Assembly (NCBI GenBank): GCA_964016885.1
Contig: OZ024740.1
Location: forward strand, 59,644,001-59,708,000
Length of the DNA stretch: 64,000 nt
Source of the DNA: Eledone cirrhosa
Lineage: Eukaryota
Reading direction: 5' to 3'
Shown here: positions 40,239-54,314 of the stretch, one piece after another
How the letters are laid out: every line of letters begins with the position of its first letter
Numbering within the stretch: the stretch's first letter is position 1
Program-made: the position numbers and the translations under genes
The notes under the pieces: model-generated
Seen by the model: the letters and a program-made list of their open reading frames with translations, nothing else
Databases searched by the model: none
What the model was told of the DNA's origin: nothing

Positions 40239-40558
40239 AGATTAGAAAGATATGCTGTTGCTCAGCATCAGTCAACACTGATATACACATCAGTAAAGAG
40301 AGTTAACAGAGTTTTATATTTATGTTTTAGCTTGATACTTGTCAGGAACCCCACCCAGTAGGTAAGGCACGGAAATGAGAAACAGCATGCAAGCAGAGAG
40401 AGAGAGAGATGAAAGGGGAGAATGGCAGTGTAGAAAGACAGACAGACCTGGAATGATGCTATATCCAAACCACATGTTATGATTCTACAATGAGTATTGA
40501 GTTGTTGGATTAGCATGCAAATGGCTGAGTATTCCACAAACACGTGTACCCTGTATCC

Positions 40559-40784
40559 TTAACCCTTTAGCATTTAAAGTGGCCATATCCGACCAGAATT
40601 CTGTCACCTCTTTCTGTTCAAACCGGCTGTAATTGGCCATTCATACTGATGGTAAGGTATTGTTCTCAAAATAAATATCAAAATCTCATAGATTCAATAT
40701 TATTTGAAATAATAATGAGAAGAAAAGCTTTTACCATGAAAATATAATAAAATATATAGCATAATGTAAATGCTAAAGGGTTAA
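40559..40784 (+). mobile_element. piggyBac-type MITE copy
   Basis: ttaaccctttagcattta ... taaatgctaaagggttaa, perfect TIRs with TTAA. Confidence 0.87.
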
Positions 40785-42315
40785 TGTAATTCACAGTCGA
40801 AATCAGCATGATGTGTGACAGGGTTAGCCTTTTGAATTACATCTGACGGAGCTTCCACCAAAAATAGACTGGGTCTTATAACCAACCAACAGACCACTGA
40901 CTGTTGAGGGCCAAAAGCATATTTTCATTGCTCAGCTAAGGTGCATTTCATATTTGTTTCAATCTTTGTGCAGTGACTATGACTTGATCAGAGAGAGGAA
41001 GAGAAGCTATCATGGGATATGGCTATCATGGGATAGCCTAGCAGAGCAGGTCAGATTTAGAGGAATAAGCCTTGTTAAAAATCTTGCTTGTCTCATAATA
41101 ACCAGTAGCTCATGCAATGACCATCAGTTTAATTAAATGTCCTCAGTGTTGTGAATACCAGTGGCTTCCCAGATGATCGACTATTAATTTGACAATGGGT
41201 TGGCACAAGTGCTCCAATGGGTTAGCAGAGAAATCTACAAGTATGCAGTTGTGGTGAGCTGCAAATATTCTAGCCATTAGAAAAAGCATGCTTCATTTTC
41301 AATGGAGGGATGACTGAAGAAGAAGAAGAATGACTTGATTTCCACATGACATTTTTCAGCAATTTCTTTTCCTCTCCTCCAGTGGCCCACTGAGCATTAA
41401 CTGTATGGCTAGTCTGGCTTTGATTCCCACACAGTTTCTATCCTATCCAATTTCACTCACAACACTTGGGTCTACCTCAAGCTATGATAAAGACACTTGA
41501 CCAAGATGCCATCCTGCAAGATCGAACCTGTAATGCCATGATTGTGAAGTGAAATTTATAGCCACTCAGCTATACCAGCTTTTACTTTAAGAACATGTGG
41601 GATTTAAATATTCAAGGAACATTTCTTGTCTCCTGATAGATCATGTTATTTCAGACAGCAGCTTTAATATAGCTTTTCTTTTTTATATAATTTCTTCAAA
41701 GCAAGCAAAAATATATATAAACTTGCTTGTTCTCCGTTTCCTTTACTGTCAATTTTCAACTGTTACAGAATTTGATAATGACCACCAACATTTGTTTATG
41801 AATATATCAAACTCAACTTCTAGTCTGTGCAAAGGTCTTTTGTTCAACAAATAATGTTTTAGCAGTGGAAGGAGAGAAGAAGAAGAATAGGGTTTGAATT
41901 ACTATGTAGTATTTATTTATTTCAAACAATAGGTCAAGTTTAATTTATAAATGCAAGTCACAATTTGTATCCCCACCCAACATAAGCTGGCATGGAAGAC
42001 AGATTATAAAATGTATCTATATATCATCATCGTTATATAACATCAGTTTTTTCCATATATATCAACACAATCCTTGTGAGTGCAATTGGGCTGACAGAAA
42101 TAGTTTGGAGGTCTGTTAAATGGACTATACCTGTAATTCAAAGTGTCAACTTTGTCACATGGTGTCATGCTTATTCTGCTAGTAGTTTAAATATCTTATT
42201 GTCTATAAGCAAATTCTGAGTGCATATGACTTCTGACAACAGAATTTATATATACAGCATTGTGGTGAAAACAGGTGGATTAGTGATATGAGAGAGAGTG
42301 ATAGAAAATATAACA

Positions 42316-43224
42316 AATAATAATTGTTTCTACTTTTAGCACAAGGCCAGCAATTATGCCAGTGTATTACTGGTACTTTATTTTATCGACCCCGTAAGGA
42401 TGAAAGGCAAAGTTAACCTTGGCGGGATTTGAACTCAGATCATAAAGGGACGTAACTCTATGCTTCAAAGCATGGTGTCCGACTCTCTACTGATACTGCC
42501 AATCCACAATGGTTTCTGATTTAGGCACAAAACCAACAATTTGGGGTGGGCGGGAGTCGATTAAATCAATCTCAGTATGTTACTGGTACTTTATTTTATC
42601 GACCCTGTAAGATAAACAGCAAAGCTAACCTTGGTGGCATTTCAACTCAGAGCATAAAGGGATGTAACTATATGCTGCACTGCATGTTGTCCAATGCTTT
42701 ACCAATACTGCCAATCCTTAAAACAAATAATTGTTTCTACTTTTGGCACAAGGCCAGCAATTATCCCAGTGTATTACTGGTACTTTATTTTATCAACCCC
42801 GTAAGGCTAAGTTAACCTCGGCAGGATTTGAACTCAGAATGGCAAGGGCTGTAACTCTTTCAAATAATAATGGTTTCTACTATTGGCACAAGGCCAGCAA
42901 TTTTGGGGGGAGGGGAAAGTCGATAAAATCGACCCCAGTGCGTGACTGGTACTTTATTTTATCGACCCCGTAAGGATGAAAAGCAAAGTTAACCTCGGCG
43001 GGATTTGAACTCAGACCATAAAGGGCCGTAACTCTTTCAAATAATAATTGTTTCTACTATTGGCACAAGGCCAGCAATTATCCAGTAGATTACTGGTACT
43101 TTATTTTATCGACCCCGTAAGGATGAAAGGCAAAGTTAACCTCGGCGGCATTTGATCTCAGAATGGCAAGGGCCATAACTCTATGCGTCAAAGCATGGCT
43201 TCCGACCCTCTACCGATACTGCCA
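42316..43224 (-). mobile_element. head-to-tail cluster of five SINE family 1 copies
   Basis: Copies at ~42316-42506, 42507-42716, 42724-42860, 42861-43038 and 43039-43224, each with ctggtactttattttatc(g/a)accc. Confidence 0.88.
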
Positions 43225-43565
43225 AAAATAATAATAGTGGTAAGAGCTCTTTCTGTACTCAAAGAAGCATAAATATGAGTGAGAAAGGTTTAAATGAAAT
43301 TAATATTTTATAAAATTAAGGTCTTACATGGAGCCTGTTTGTGAGAGATTTGTGCCAATCAGTCAAGTGACCTTTGTCTTGACATTGTTTAAGATGGCTG
43401 TGTGCGTGAGTATGTGTGTAGCAGCAGAAGCACTATGACAGATGTGGGAGCAACATTTCATTGTGGGTTCCCCTGAATTTTGTTGAAGGGGAGTAGTTGA
43501 TGAGAGCCAAAGCATTTTATACTCCCAAAGAGAAAGGCTAATCCTTTGGGATGCAGTCATTTATG

Positions 43566-43826
43566 TTAACCTTTTTGTTACCATACTTCTAATAAAAAAA
43601 TTACTGTCTATGATGTTCAAATATTTTTTTAGATAATCAAAAGTTTGGAGAGATTTAGTAATATAGCTAACTTTCTCATTATTAAGTTGGTGTATGGAAC
43701 GTAACTTAAAAGCAATTATATAAAATTTGATGGAAGGTTTTTAGATACATATAAACACTTTGAAATAAACATTTCTGTGCCATAGACGCAAAGGCAGTTT
43801 CAAATATTTTGGTGTCAAAAGTGTTT
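43566..43826. mobile_element. possible second, older TTAA-type MITE
   Basis: Imperfect TIRs ttaacctttttgttacca / tggtgtcaaaagtgttta. Confidence 0.4.
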
Positions 43827-44520
43827 AGGATAGGTTAATTTTGCAATATTTTTTGCAGCTGTCATCCTAACAAGGGAATGTTCTTTTAGTTCAAAATAGG
43901 TCATTCAAAATTTCCTGCAGACTTATCTTTAAGATTATAATTTAAAACATTTATATTTACTCAATATTGGTTTGATCTTCCACCATCATTTGGTGTCTTA
44001 TTTCTGAGTGCTTACAAAATTCCAGACTACAATTAAATACCTGATAACAATCACAGATAAAATTGATTGAACCATAGATATAGATATATACTCATGATGA
44101 TGCTGATGATGACTCTAAATCAGGGATGCCACGTGCTGTCACATGCTTTCCCTCTCCAATCTTGTTACTTCAACCACAAACCTGAGCACTACTGGCTGTA
44201 ATGCAGAGTAGCAGAAGATAGCCAAATATTAAGATTTGACTGACAGTTTCCTTCTCGTTCCAGTCACTATCAAGACCTCTGCTACTTCAGCCTTTGAATT
44301 GCTGTTTTCTTCAGCAAAATTGGGAGGAGTGTATCCTGCCTGAGGAAGGAGCCCCGTGAAATAGAGTGGCTGATGCAGTGGGTGTCATTGGCTGTTGTCC
44401 ATGGCAATGCTTCTGTCATTTCGTCCATGGAACGCAGCTGAGATATACCAGACAGGGTTATAACGTCTACTGCTCCCTCTCTCTTTCCTTTCATTATTTA
44501 TTTTCTTTTTTCTTTTATTA

Positions 44521-44718
44521 TTGGCAGTGTAGAGTGTTGGACAATATGCTTTGCAGCATAGAGTTACGGCCCTTTATGTTCTGCGTTCAAATCTTGCTGA
44601 GGTTAGCTTTGCCTTTCATCCTTACAGATGAAGCACCAGTAATGCACTGGGGTCAATTTAATCGACTTTCCCATCCCCTAAAATTGCTGGCCTTGTGCCT
44701 ATAGTAGAAATCATTATT
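44521..44718 (+). mobile_element. diverged SINE family 1 copy
   Basis: gcgttcaaatctt B-box, gcctttcatcctta, ggccttgtgcctatagtagaaa tail. Confidence 0.75.
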
Positions 44719-44924
44719 ATAAATATTATGTACTTTAATTAAAATACTCTAAATCATAATCTTATAAATTACAACTTATCTCTGACATTAGACATCTTAA
44801 GAGCCTATAATTGTATTCACACTAATCTTTAATGAGCCTGTGTCTTTCTATATTAATTTTTTAAAAGCCTATATTTATTTCCACATTAATCTTTAAAAGC
44901 CTATATAAATTTCCACTTTAATAT

Positions 44925-45469
44925 TTAACCCTTTAGCATTTAAACCAGCTGTATCCAGCCAGAATTATCTCACCTCTTTCTGACCAAACCAGCTGTAACT
45001 GGTCACTCATACCAATGTTAAGGTATTGTTCTCAAAATAAATAACATCAAAATCTTGTAGATTCGATATTACATGAGATAGTTATGTAAGATAAAGTCTT
45101 TAAAATACAATAGTAAATATAGAGTTATAAAGCATATAAACAATATGCCCCCACACCCCCCACCGCAAGGTGGTCGTGGAGGTGCCATGGCAAAAAAGCA
45201 CCCAGCCCACACTGTAAAGTGGACGTGTAGGCGCCACGAAAAAGCACCCAGCACTCACTGTAAATGAGGTTGGTGTTAGGAAGGGCATCCAGCTGTAGAA
45301 ATCAAGCCAAATCAGTTCCTGTATGAGCAAGGCATGGTCAGCCGACCAGACACTGCACACAACAGGACAACCCGTCTAACCCATGCTAGCGTGGAAGAAC
45401 GGACGTAAAACGGTGATGATGATGATGATGATGATGATGATGAGAGTAATGCAAATGCTAAAGGGTTAA
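44925..45469 (+). mobile_element. piggyBac-type MITE interrupted by an RTE subfamily A 3'-UTR insertion (~45128-45442)
   Basis: MITE TIRs at both ends; the insert is near-identical to 611-910 with a (GAT)n tail and a short gagt duplication. Confidence 0.88.
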
Positions 45470-47249
45470 AAAGCCTATATTTGTGTCTACAATGTTTAAT
45501 GTAGCAAATTATTATAATTATTATAAGATTAATAATTGCTATGATTCTCTTTATATATTTCTCAACTCTATTACTATCAAGATGAAGGACAACTTCAAAG
45601 AACATTTTTCTATAAAATTCCATGTTATAGTGACATTGACATTATCAAAAATGCTGAAGCTGGATTATACATTATCCTGCATAAATCATGTAGTTGCTGT
45701 TTAATTCCAGATCCACCTTGACTGAGTAGACCTATGATTAAAGACATTCTACCCATAGTTATCCATCTTAATTTAATTCAGACAGAATAATTTGCTTTAG
45801 ATGTACTATATATCAATCTTTTTAAAAGATGGTTGGATGTGATGTGAGGGTGATTTGGCTGGTATTTCTAGCAGAACGTTCGACCATATAGCTGTTTCCT
45901 TGTTGGTTTAGGGAGCATGTGATAACGCCCTCATTATGCTGGGAGGTTCATTTGATAAAATGTTGTAGGATTCTCGAGGAAAACTAAATTTTCAGCTAAT
46001 ATTTAGCTGACTTGTTAAAATCAAAGGTTAAATTAGATCAATATTAGCTTGAAAATGCTATTACACCAATGTCATTCATTAGTTAGATGATGTCATTGAG
46101 CTAAGGAAGTAGTGTGTCAGAGGATTCAGTAACAGAATCATACATACTAAGGATATATCTAATGATGCTTCTCACTGATTATCCTAAATAATAATCCTTG
46201 CCAAAAGGAGATGTACTGAAAATTTCACTGATTATGCTAAATAACAGTTCCTGCTAACAGGGAGCCAATGTGAAATGCACTGAAAATTCCATCTGTAAGT
46301 GCAAAATATATTAATTTCTTTTATAGAATGTTATCTTAAGAACATTCTGTATGGTCTTTGAGATGCTGCAATGTGGTTATTGTGATAGAAGATATCCTAA
46401 TTCCTTGGGTATTATCATCATCATCATCGTTTGGCTGCAGTAGCAGATAATGACTATCTTCTTCCGTTCATTCGGCCATAATCATGAATGGGTGATTGAC
46501 CCTTGTAACTAGCAAGATTTGAATCCCAAAGCAGAATTTAAATTCAAAATACAAAGAGCCAGAATAGATACAGCAAGGGATCTCTTCTGATGCTCATAGA
46601 AATCTGCCAAACCCTGGTCTGTTACTTTATTTATAAACCCTAAAAGGGGGAAAAGCAAAGCTGATCATGGCAGAGTTTGAATGCAGAGCACAGAGATTCA
46701 GAACAAATACCACAAGGTATTCGGATACCATTTCTCTATGTATCCTGTTTAGAATAGGCACATCATATCCCTACATGTTGTAAGAGGTGACTAAAAATAA
46801 AGGGAATCCATCCATTAAACATTGCCTCCAAAAGACTCCATGGTGGGTCATATGAGGCTAACTCTTGCTTTAGTAGTTATGTTTTATCTGACAGACAAAC
46901 AGGGGTATCACTGAATCGTTTAAATATTATTAAAGATGGTATTATCAATAATTTTCAACTTTTAACTAAGCTGATTGTGAAGTGAAAGAGTTTGGCTATG
47001 GTGATAGCTAAAGTGTTTGGAATTGTCTATGGTAATATGATAGTGAAAGTACAAATATGTGTGATTCTAGGCAGATGTAGTCATGTAGTCCCATGTGTGT
47101 TACATCAAAAAGAGACTGAGTATCAAACCTGACTTTTGTGGTACTCCATATACCCTCTATACCCTTACAAGACTCCACTGTCTACATCCTTTCACCTCTT
47201 GCACTTCCCATGTCCTAACACTCCACTCATGCCTGAAAACCCGGCTCCC

Positions 47250-47585
47250 TCACACACACCCTAGATCTACCTCCCCAACCCCCCAGTACATACTGTAAAG
47301 TAGTCTTGATGTTGACACAGCACCTAGCCCACATTGTAAAGGGGTTGTGTAAGCGTCACAACAAAAAACGCCCAGCCACACTGTAAAGTGGTCATATAGA
47401 TGTCATCACAAAAAGTGGCTAGCCACACTGTGATGACATATAGATGTCATCACAAAAAGCGCCTAGCTCTCAATGTCAAGTGGTCGTGTAGGTGACACAT
47501 AAAAAAAATGGCTTGTCTCACAATGGGACAACCCATCTAACCCATGCTAGCATGGAAAATGGACGTTAAATGATGATGATGATCA
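47250..47585 (+). mobile_element. RTE-related 3' region with ~5 degenerate 48-bp-type units and (GAT)n tail
   Basis: Repeats of caca(c/t)tgtaaag...gtgta..tgtca..acaaaaa.cgcc.agcc, followed by ccatgctagcatggaaaatggacgttaaatgatgatg. Confidence 0.75.
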
Positions 47586-47609
47586 TTATATATGTCTGTA
47601 TGTGTATAT

Positions 47610-48360
<751 letters not shown>

Positions 48361-48627
48361 GGAGGCACATGGCTTAGTGGTTAGAGCATTGGCCTTGCAA
48401 TCAAAAGGTTGTGAGTTCAATTCTCAGACCGGATGATGTGTTGTTTCCTTGAGCAAGACATTTATTTCACATTGCTCCAGTTTACTCAGCTGTAGCAATG
48501 AGATGATAGGGACTGGGGTCCCTATCAGTCCACTGTAAAGTGGTCGTGGAGGTGCCACAGCAAAAAAAGCACCCAGCACTCACTGTAAATGAGGTTGGTG
48601 TTGGGAAGGACATCCAGCTGTAGAAAT
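48361..48627 (+). mobile_element. SINE family 2 copy, 3'-truncated
   Basis: Matches 18835-19100. Confidence 0.88.
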
Positions 48628-48793
48628 CTGTGTCCACGTATTGCCTGGAAACTTAGCTGAGAATAGACTTCCCTGGTGACGAAAGGCTTCTCCGTACGTT
48701 TCTTCGGAAACTACGTTTATTCCCTTTCAGAAACTAATTAGTTGGAGTGAAATTTTAGTAAGTAAGTTAATTTTTATAATTTTCTTATTTTAC

Positions 48794-51700
48794 GTGACAG
48801 TAATATCGGCATACGCGCCCCAATCCGGACTGCCTGGCACTATAAAAGACAGATTCTATGAGACACTGATGCTCACTACCTCCCAAATAACCGACAGTGA
48901 CTATATAATTATTGCTGGCGACCTAAATGGCCACGTTGGTCAACATTGTGACGGCTATGACAGAATCCACGGAGGCTATGGGTCTGGTACTAGAAATGAG
49001 GAAGGCTCCAGAATCCTGGAATTCTGTGATGCAAATAACCTAACTATCTGTAACACTAACTTCAAAAAACGAGACAATCACTTGATCACCTACAGATCGG
49101 GGGAACATACCAGCCAGGTAGATTATATCCTTACCAGAAGACGTGACAGAGTGTCTGTTGTAAACAGACACTCTCAACATAGACTGCTAATTAGCGACCT
49201 CATAGTCAGGACGAGACATACTAGACAACAGAAGAGGACTATCCTCAGGAGAAAAATATGGAAGCTAAAGGACCCCACAGCCAGAAATAAATTTAAAAGC
49301 ATGTTACGTGATGCTTTCGACAGTAAGGAAGAGCAATTAGAGTCAGATAATATAGAGGAACAGTGGGAATTCCTGAAAGCAAACCTGCTGATGGCGGCAG
49401 ACAAAGTCTGTGGCTGGAGCAGGCCTGTAGGTAGGAGGAGAGTAACATGGTGGTGGAACAGTAAGGTGGAGGAGTCAATTAAGGCCAAAAAGCAGGCTTG
49501 GAAAGTATGGCGGGATGGGGGAAGTAGAGAAGACTATCAAGTGGCCAGGAGGGAAGCTAGGAGACAAGTGTACTTCGCAAGAAGGGAAGCAGAGGAAAGA
49601 AAGTTCAAGCATGTTCTACAACGTGAGGACCAAAAACGTGAGGTGTTCAGGATTGCTAGGCAATGTGTCAAGGAAAACCGTGATATTGTCGGGGAGAAGT
49701 GTGTACTTAATGATGATGGCGTACTTGCCATCACTGACGCTGATAAGAAGGTTGCTTGGAAGTGTCACTACGAAAGGCTTCTAAATGAGGAGAATAAATG
49801 GGAGAAAGACAGTCTCCCCCACATCGACCCAATAGAGGGACCGGCAGTGTTAGTCGAAGGTAGTATAATAAGTAAGGCAATCAAAGATATGAAGATGGGT
49901 AAGGCGGCTGGGCCTTCGGAAATAGTTGCTGAGATGCTGAAAGCCTCTGGAACGGTGGGACACACCATGGTCACCCGGATAGTAAACCAAGTCATACAGA
50001 ATGGGGTTGTTCCGAAGGACTGGCGTAGCAGCATCATCATTAACTGTTACAAGGGTAAAGGAGATGCCCTAGATATGAGTAACTATAGAGGCATTAAATT
50101 AATCGACCAGGTCATGAAGGTCACGGAAAAAGTAATAGCGCAACTAATCAGAGAGAGAATTGATCCAGATGAAATGCAGTTCGGTTTTGTGTCAGGCAAA
50201 AGTACCACAGATGCTCTTTTCATTGTACGACAACTACAGGAGAAGTACCTAGCTAAAAGTAAACCCCTATACTTAGCTTTTGTTGACTTGGAGAAAGCCT
50301 TCGACAGAGTCCCCCGGTCCATTATCTGGTGGGCTCTTAGAAAACTAGGTGTGATGAATGGCTTGTGAGAGCTATACAAGCCATGTATAAAGAAACAGTC
50401 AGCAAGGTTAGAATTAACAACGAATATAGTGAAGAGTTTAGTGTAAAAGTTGGTGTTCATCAGGGCTCTGTTCTTAGCCCCCTACTATTTATTATTGCCC
50501 TTCAGGCTATAACAGTGGAGTTCAAGACCGGCTGCCCATGGGAACTCCTATACGCAGATGATCTAACGCTCATAGCTGAATCAATGGCCGAGCTAGAGAA
50601 GAAATTCCAAACATGGAAGCACGGCCTAGAATCAAAAGGCCTTAAAATTAACCTGGCTAAGACTAAAGTTCTAGTTTGTAGGAAAGAAAATAAGGCGACG
50701 GTCCCTCCCGGGAAATGGCCATGCTCAGTGTGTAGGAAAGGCATAGGCAGAAACTCCATTTTATGTCCCAAATGCAAAGTATGGGTGCATAAAAGATGTA
50801 GTGGGATCACAGGTAAGCTAACTAAGAACATAGATTTTACATGCGGCCGGTGCTCTGGTGCAATAAGTAGCAGCAAGTGCCCACAAAATACTAGCTCTTT
50901 CAATTGTGCAGAGGGTTCTATAGAAATAGTGGACAGCTTCCGTTACCTGGGTGACAAAATCAGCAGTGGGGGAGCGTGCTCTGAAAGTACAGTAGCTAGA
51001 GTCAGAACGGGATGGAAAAAGTTCAGAGAGCTTATACCACTATTAGCCGCTAGAGGGTTCTCCCTAAAAATGAAAGGCAGGTTGTATGATGCCTGCATAC
51101 GAACAGCAATGTTGCATGGCAGTGAGACCTGGGCATTGTGTGCAGAGGATATACGCAGACTAGAGAGGAACGAAGCTTGCATGCTCCGCTGGATATGTAA
51201 TAGTAACATACGTGAACGGCAAAGCATAAGCGAACTAAGGAAAAAATTAGAAATAAGAGGGATCAGATGTTGTTTACTCGAGAGAAGGCTACGTTGGTAT
51301 GGTCACGTGATGCGCATGAAAGACGACAGCTGTATAACAAAGTGCAGGGCAATAAAGATAGACGGTAGCTACGGAGTAGGCAGTCCCAGAAAAACCTGGG
51401 ACGAGCTGATAAATTCTGACCTCACACACTCACACCTCTCCAAGACAATGTCACTGGACCGAGACCTTTGGCGGTACTCAGTAATACAGAAGACCCGCCT
51501 TACCTAAATACAAAGTAAAACCTACTACAGTCAGTAGGTATCTCTAACAAAATACACCCCCGTCCCACCACCCCCACCCCATCCACACCGCCCCTTTCAA
51601 TGTAAAGTTATGTTGGTGCCACAACATCCAGGCCGAAACAAATGAGATCGTGTAGGTGTCACAACAAAAAAACACACAGTCCACGCTGTAATGTGGCCGT

Positions 51701-51898
51701 GTAGGCAACACGGTAAAACCTCCCAGCCCCACACTGTAAATGTGGTTGGTGTTAGGAAGGGCATCCAGCTGTAGAAAACCCGCCAGACAGTCCTATGCGA
51801 GCAAGACAATCACTCTTGCCTCAAGTGGGAAAACCCCCGTCCAAACCCATGCAAGCGTGGAACATGGACGTTAAACATTGATGATGATGATGATGATG

Positions 51899-51903
<5 letters not shown>
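48794..51903 (+). mobile_element. RTE LINE subfamily C, 5'-truncated within the APE domain; near-complete APE-RT-PHD-C-terminal ORF with a frameshift near 50355
   Basis: VISAYAPQ, GDLNGHVG, IT(Y)..G...QVDYIL (APE); NYRGIKL, QFGF, FVDLEKAFDRVP, HQGSVLSPLLF, LYADD (RT); CSVC..CPKC..HKRC..CGRC; RLRWYGHV; 3' UTR and (GAT)n then (AT)n. Confidence 0.95.
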
Positions 51904-51939
<36 letters not shown>

Positions 51940-51947
<8 letters not shown>

Positions 51948-52548
51948 ATACTTGGGGAGGGTCATATTTGTGTAATATTGCCAGAATTAATAACAGAACA
52001 CACTCACTGTTTGGTTGGTTTTCGCTTTTCGCTTCTGTGTCTTTTATATCTGTAATCTAATTTATTCGGTCCTCAATGTTGCCATTGATTGACCGACGGT
52101 CAAAAATAATACAGATACAATATAGACACAAACACATATATATAGTTTATCATAAATCTTTTGTTGCACATCTGCAACATCGTCAGTGGTGCTATTGTTT
52201 CCTCCCGTTACATTGTATGTCTACGCCATTTTTATTTAGTCTGCCTATATAAATAAAAATGGCATAGACATACAATGTAACGGGAGGAAAGAATAGCACC
52301 ACTGACGATGTTGCAGATGTGCAACAAAAGATTTATGATAAACTATATACATGTGTTTGTGTGTATATTGTATCTGTATTATTTTTGACCGTCGGTCAGT
52401 CAATGGCAACATTGAGGACCGAATAAATTAGATTACAGATATAAAAGACGCAGAAGCGAAAAGCGAAAACCAACCAAACAGTGAGTGTGTTCTGTTATTA
52501 ATTCTGGCAATATTACACAAATATGACCCTCCCCAAGTATAACAATAT
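51940..52548. repeat. ~609-bp near-perfect palindrome (arms ~299 bp, 11-nt spacer), probable Penelope-like inverted pseudo-LTR remnant embedded in (AT)n
   Basis: 51940-52238 is the reverse complement of 52250-52548, with about 6 mismatches counted by eye. Confidence 0.92.
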
Positions 52549-52586
52549 TTGTTTCGACACACGATTTCATATAAAAAACCTCACAA

Positions 52587-52641
<55 letters not shown>

Positions 52642-54314
52642 GTGTCCTTTCTAAACTTTTAAAGAAAGATCAAAAGTTATAGAATATATGAATATAGAAA
52701 GTAAATAAAAAAATAAGCAAGAAAACTGAAATATTTATAAGAGAAATCAAATTAAATAAATTGTGAAGTAACTTTAAAACATTTATTAACTTAAAACATT
52801 TATAACAGAAATTGAAAGTTATAAAACAGTAAAATATTAAAATACTTTGATTTTTTTTCTCTTTACTATACGTGAACAATATTTCCATCAAATTATAATT
52901 GCTATAATGATGTTGCCATGACAGCAAAAATGACAAAGAAATGAATCTAAGTTTATATATGGCAGCAGAAACTAGGTGGGAGTCACAGTAAAGGAAAACT
53001 ATAGAGTGAGCATTCTGTTTCGAGCAAAGGTGATGTACAAAAAAAAACAATAAAAACATTAAAATGTGTTAAAATTAGATTTAATATGTTACTGTCATTT
53101 TAGATTGATCCAAAAGATTTATAATTTTAGTTGCATATATAGATACACTTACATTAGCATCATTATATGTACGATTATTATATATTTATCCAACAAATCA
53201 GTGAGAATAAATAAATCAATTGCTTCTCCTTTCAGCTATCAGAAGTATCCATCAATGGCTAAACAAAACTCTTTCTTCTCTTCTTTCTCTTTCTGGTTCC
53301 ATGTAATCAATTTACTACCTAACCCCAAGACACCACTGCCTATTCTGAACTTCCTGTCTGTTCTTTACATTCTTCCCATCCTCCAGAATTAATATCCAGA
53401 TTTTTATTTATTTCTCGGCATTATTTTTGTGCACAATTGTCCTGCATTTTGTTTTGCTCATGTTTTATTTCAGTTGAAAGACATTAATGTAAATTTGTTT
53501 TCTTTATATATTTAGGAGGACTCTTCAGTTGTGCCATAGATATGACAACCTTGCTAGTGTGGATGATAAAAACACACAGTAGATTCTGTAAAGTAGTTGG
53601 TGATAGGAAGGGCATCCGGCTGTAGAAAACATGTCATACAAAGGCTTGGGAGAACACTCCAGCATTTTAAAATGGTATTCTCAATTAAATCGTGCAAAAT
53701 CATTTTACTGGCTTGAGAGCTGATGAGGGTGAAGATGTGTGTGTAAACTTGTCTTGTACATCGCTTTTCTTTATTTCCTTCTTTCAGTTACTCCTGTGTG
53801 CCAGTGCACTTCACCTTGTCCACCGCCTCTGTCAATATTTTCTAAATTTTTAGCAATGAGTTTTCTCATTTTTTATATGCATTAAAATACACTCTTACTT
53901 CGTCTCGATCAGATACAACATTGTTTTAACTTTATCTTAGCTAAGATAAGCTTTCTATTTAGGACAGACTCGACAGCTTGAGGTTCACAATCCCATTATT
54001 TTATTTTCTTTGCTTTCTCCTTGTCCTCCTCCTCTTTCAATATTTTCTATATTTCATCTGCCTTGTGGATTGACTCTCTGTTGACCACTGGTCTCTGTCC
54101 TCTGAGGCCATTTTGCCCATTGCTGTCTTTGACAGCATTTAGCTATTTTAATGGCTGATGAGTTTTTTTATTTTTATATGTATTCAAATATACTCTCGCT
54201 TCCTCTCGATCTGAGATAATATTGTTTTAACTATATATATATATAAAGTGATAGAAGTGCAATTGGATTGCTTTCACAGGCGGTATGCCAAGATGAGCAT
54301 CTCTTGGGGAACAG

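Noticed and set aside
40800-47200. Short ORFs in AT-rich unique-looking DNA as host gene exons
   Set aside because: No recognisable domains or consistent splice structure; small exons cannot be excluded without transcript data.
48628-48793. Possible hammerhead (ctggtga-cgaa...ttcg-gaaac-tac-gtt) between the SINE and the RTE element
   Set aside because: The core has CUGG rather than CUGA and no stem I pairing was found.
53810-54232. Two diverged ~110-bp direct repeats (~53825-53931, ~54130-54232) as possible host exons
   Set aside because: Minus-strand frames contain stops and no convincing splice context; more likely a decayed element remnant.
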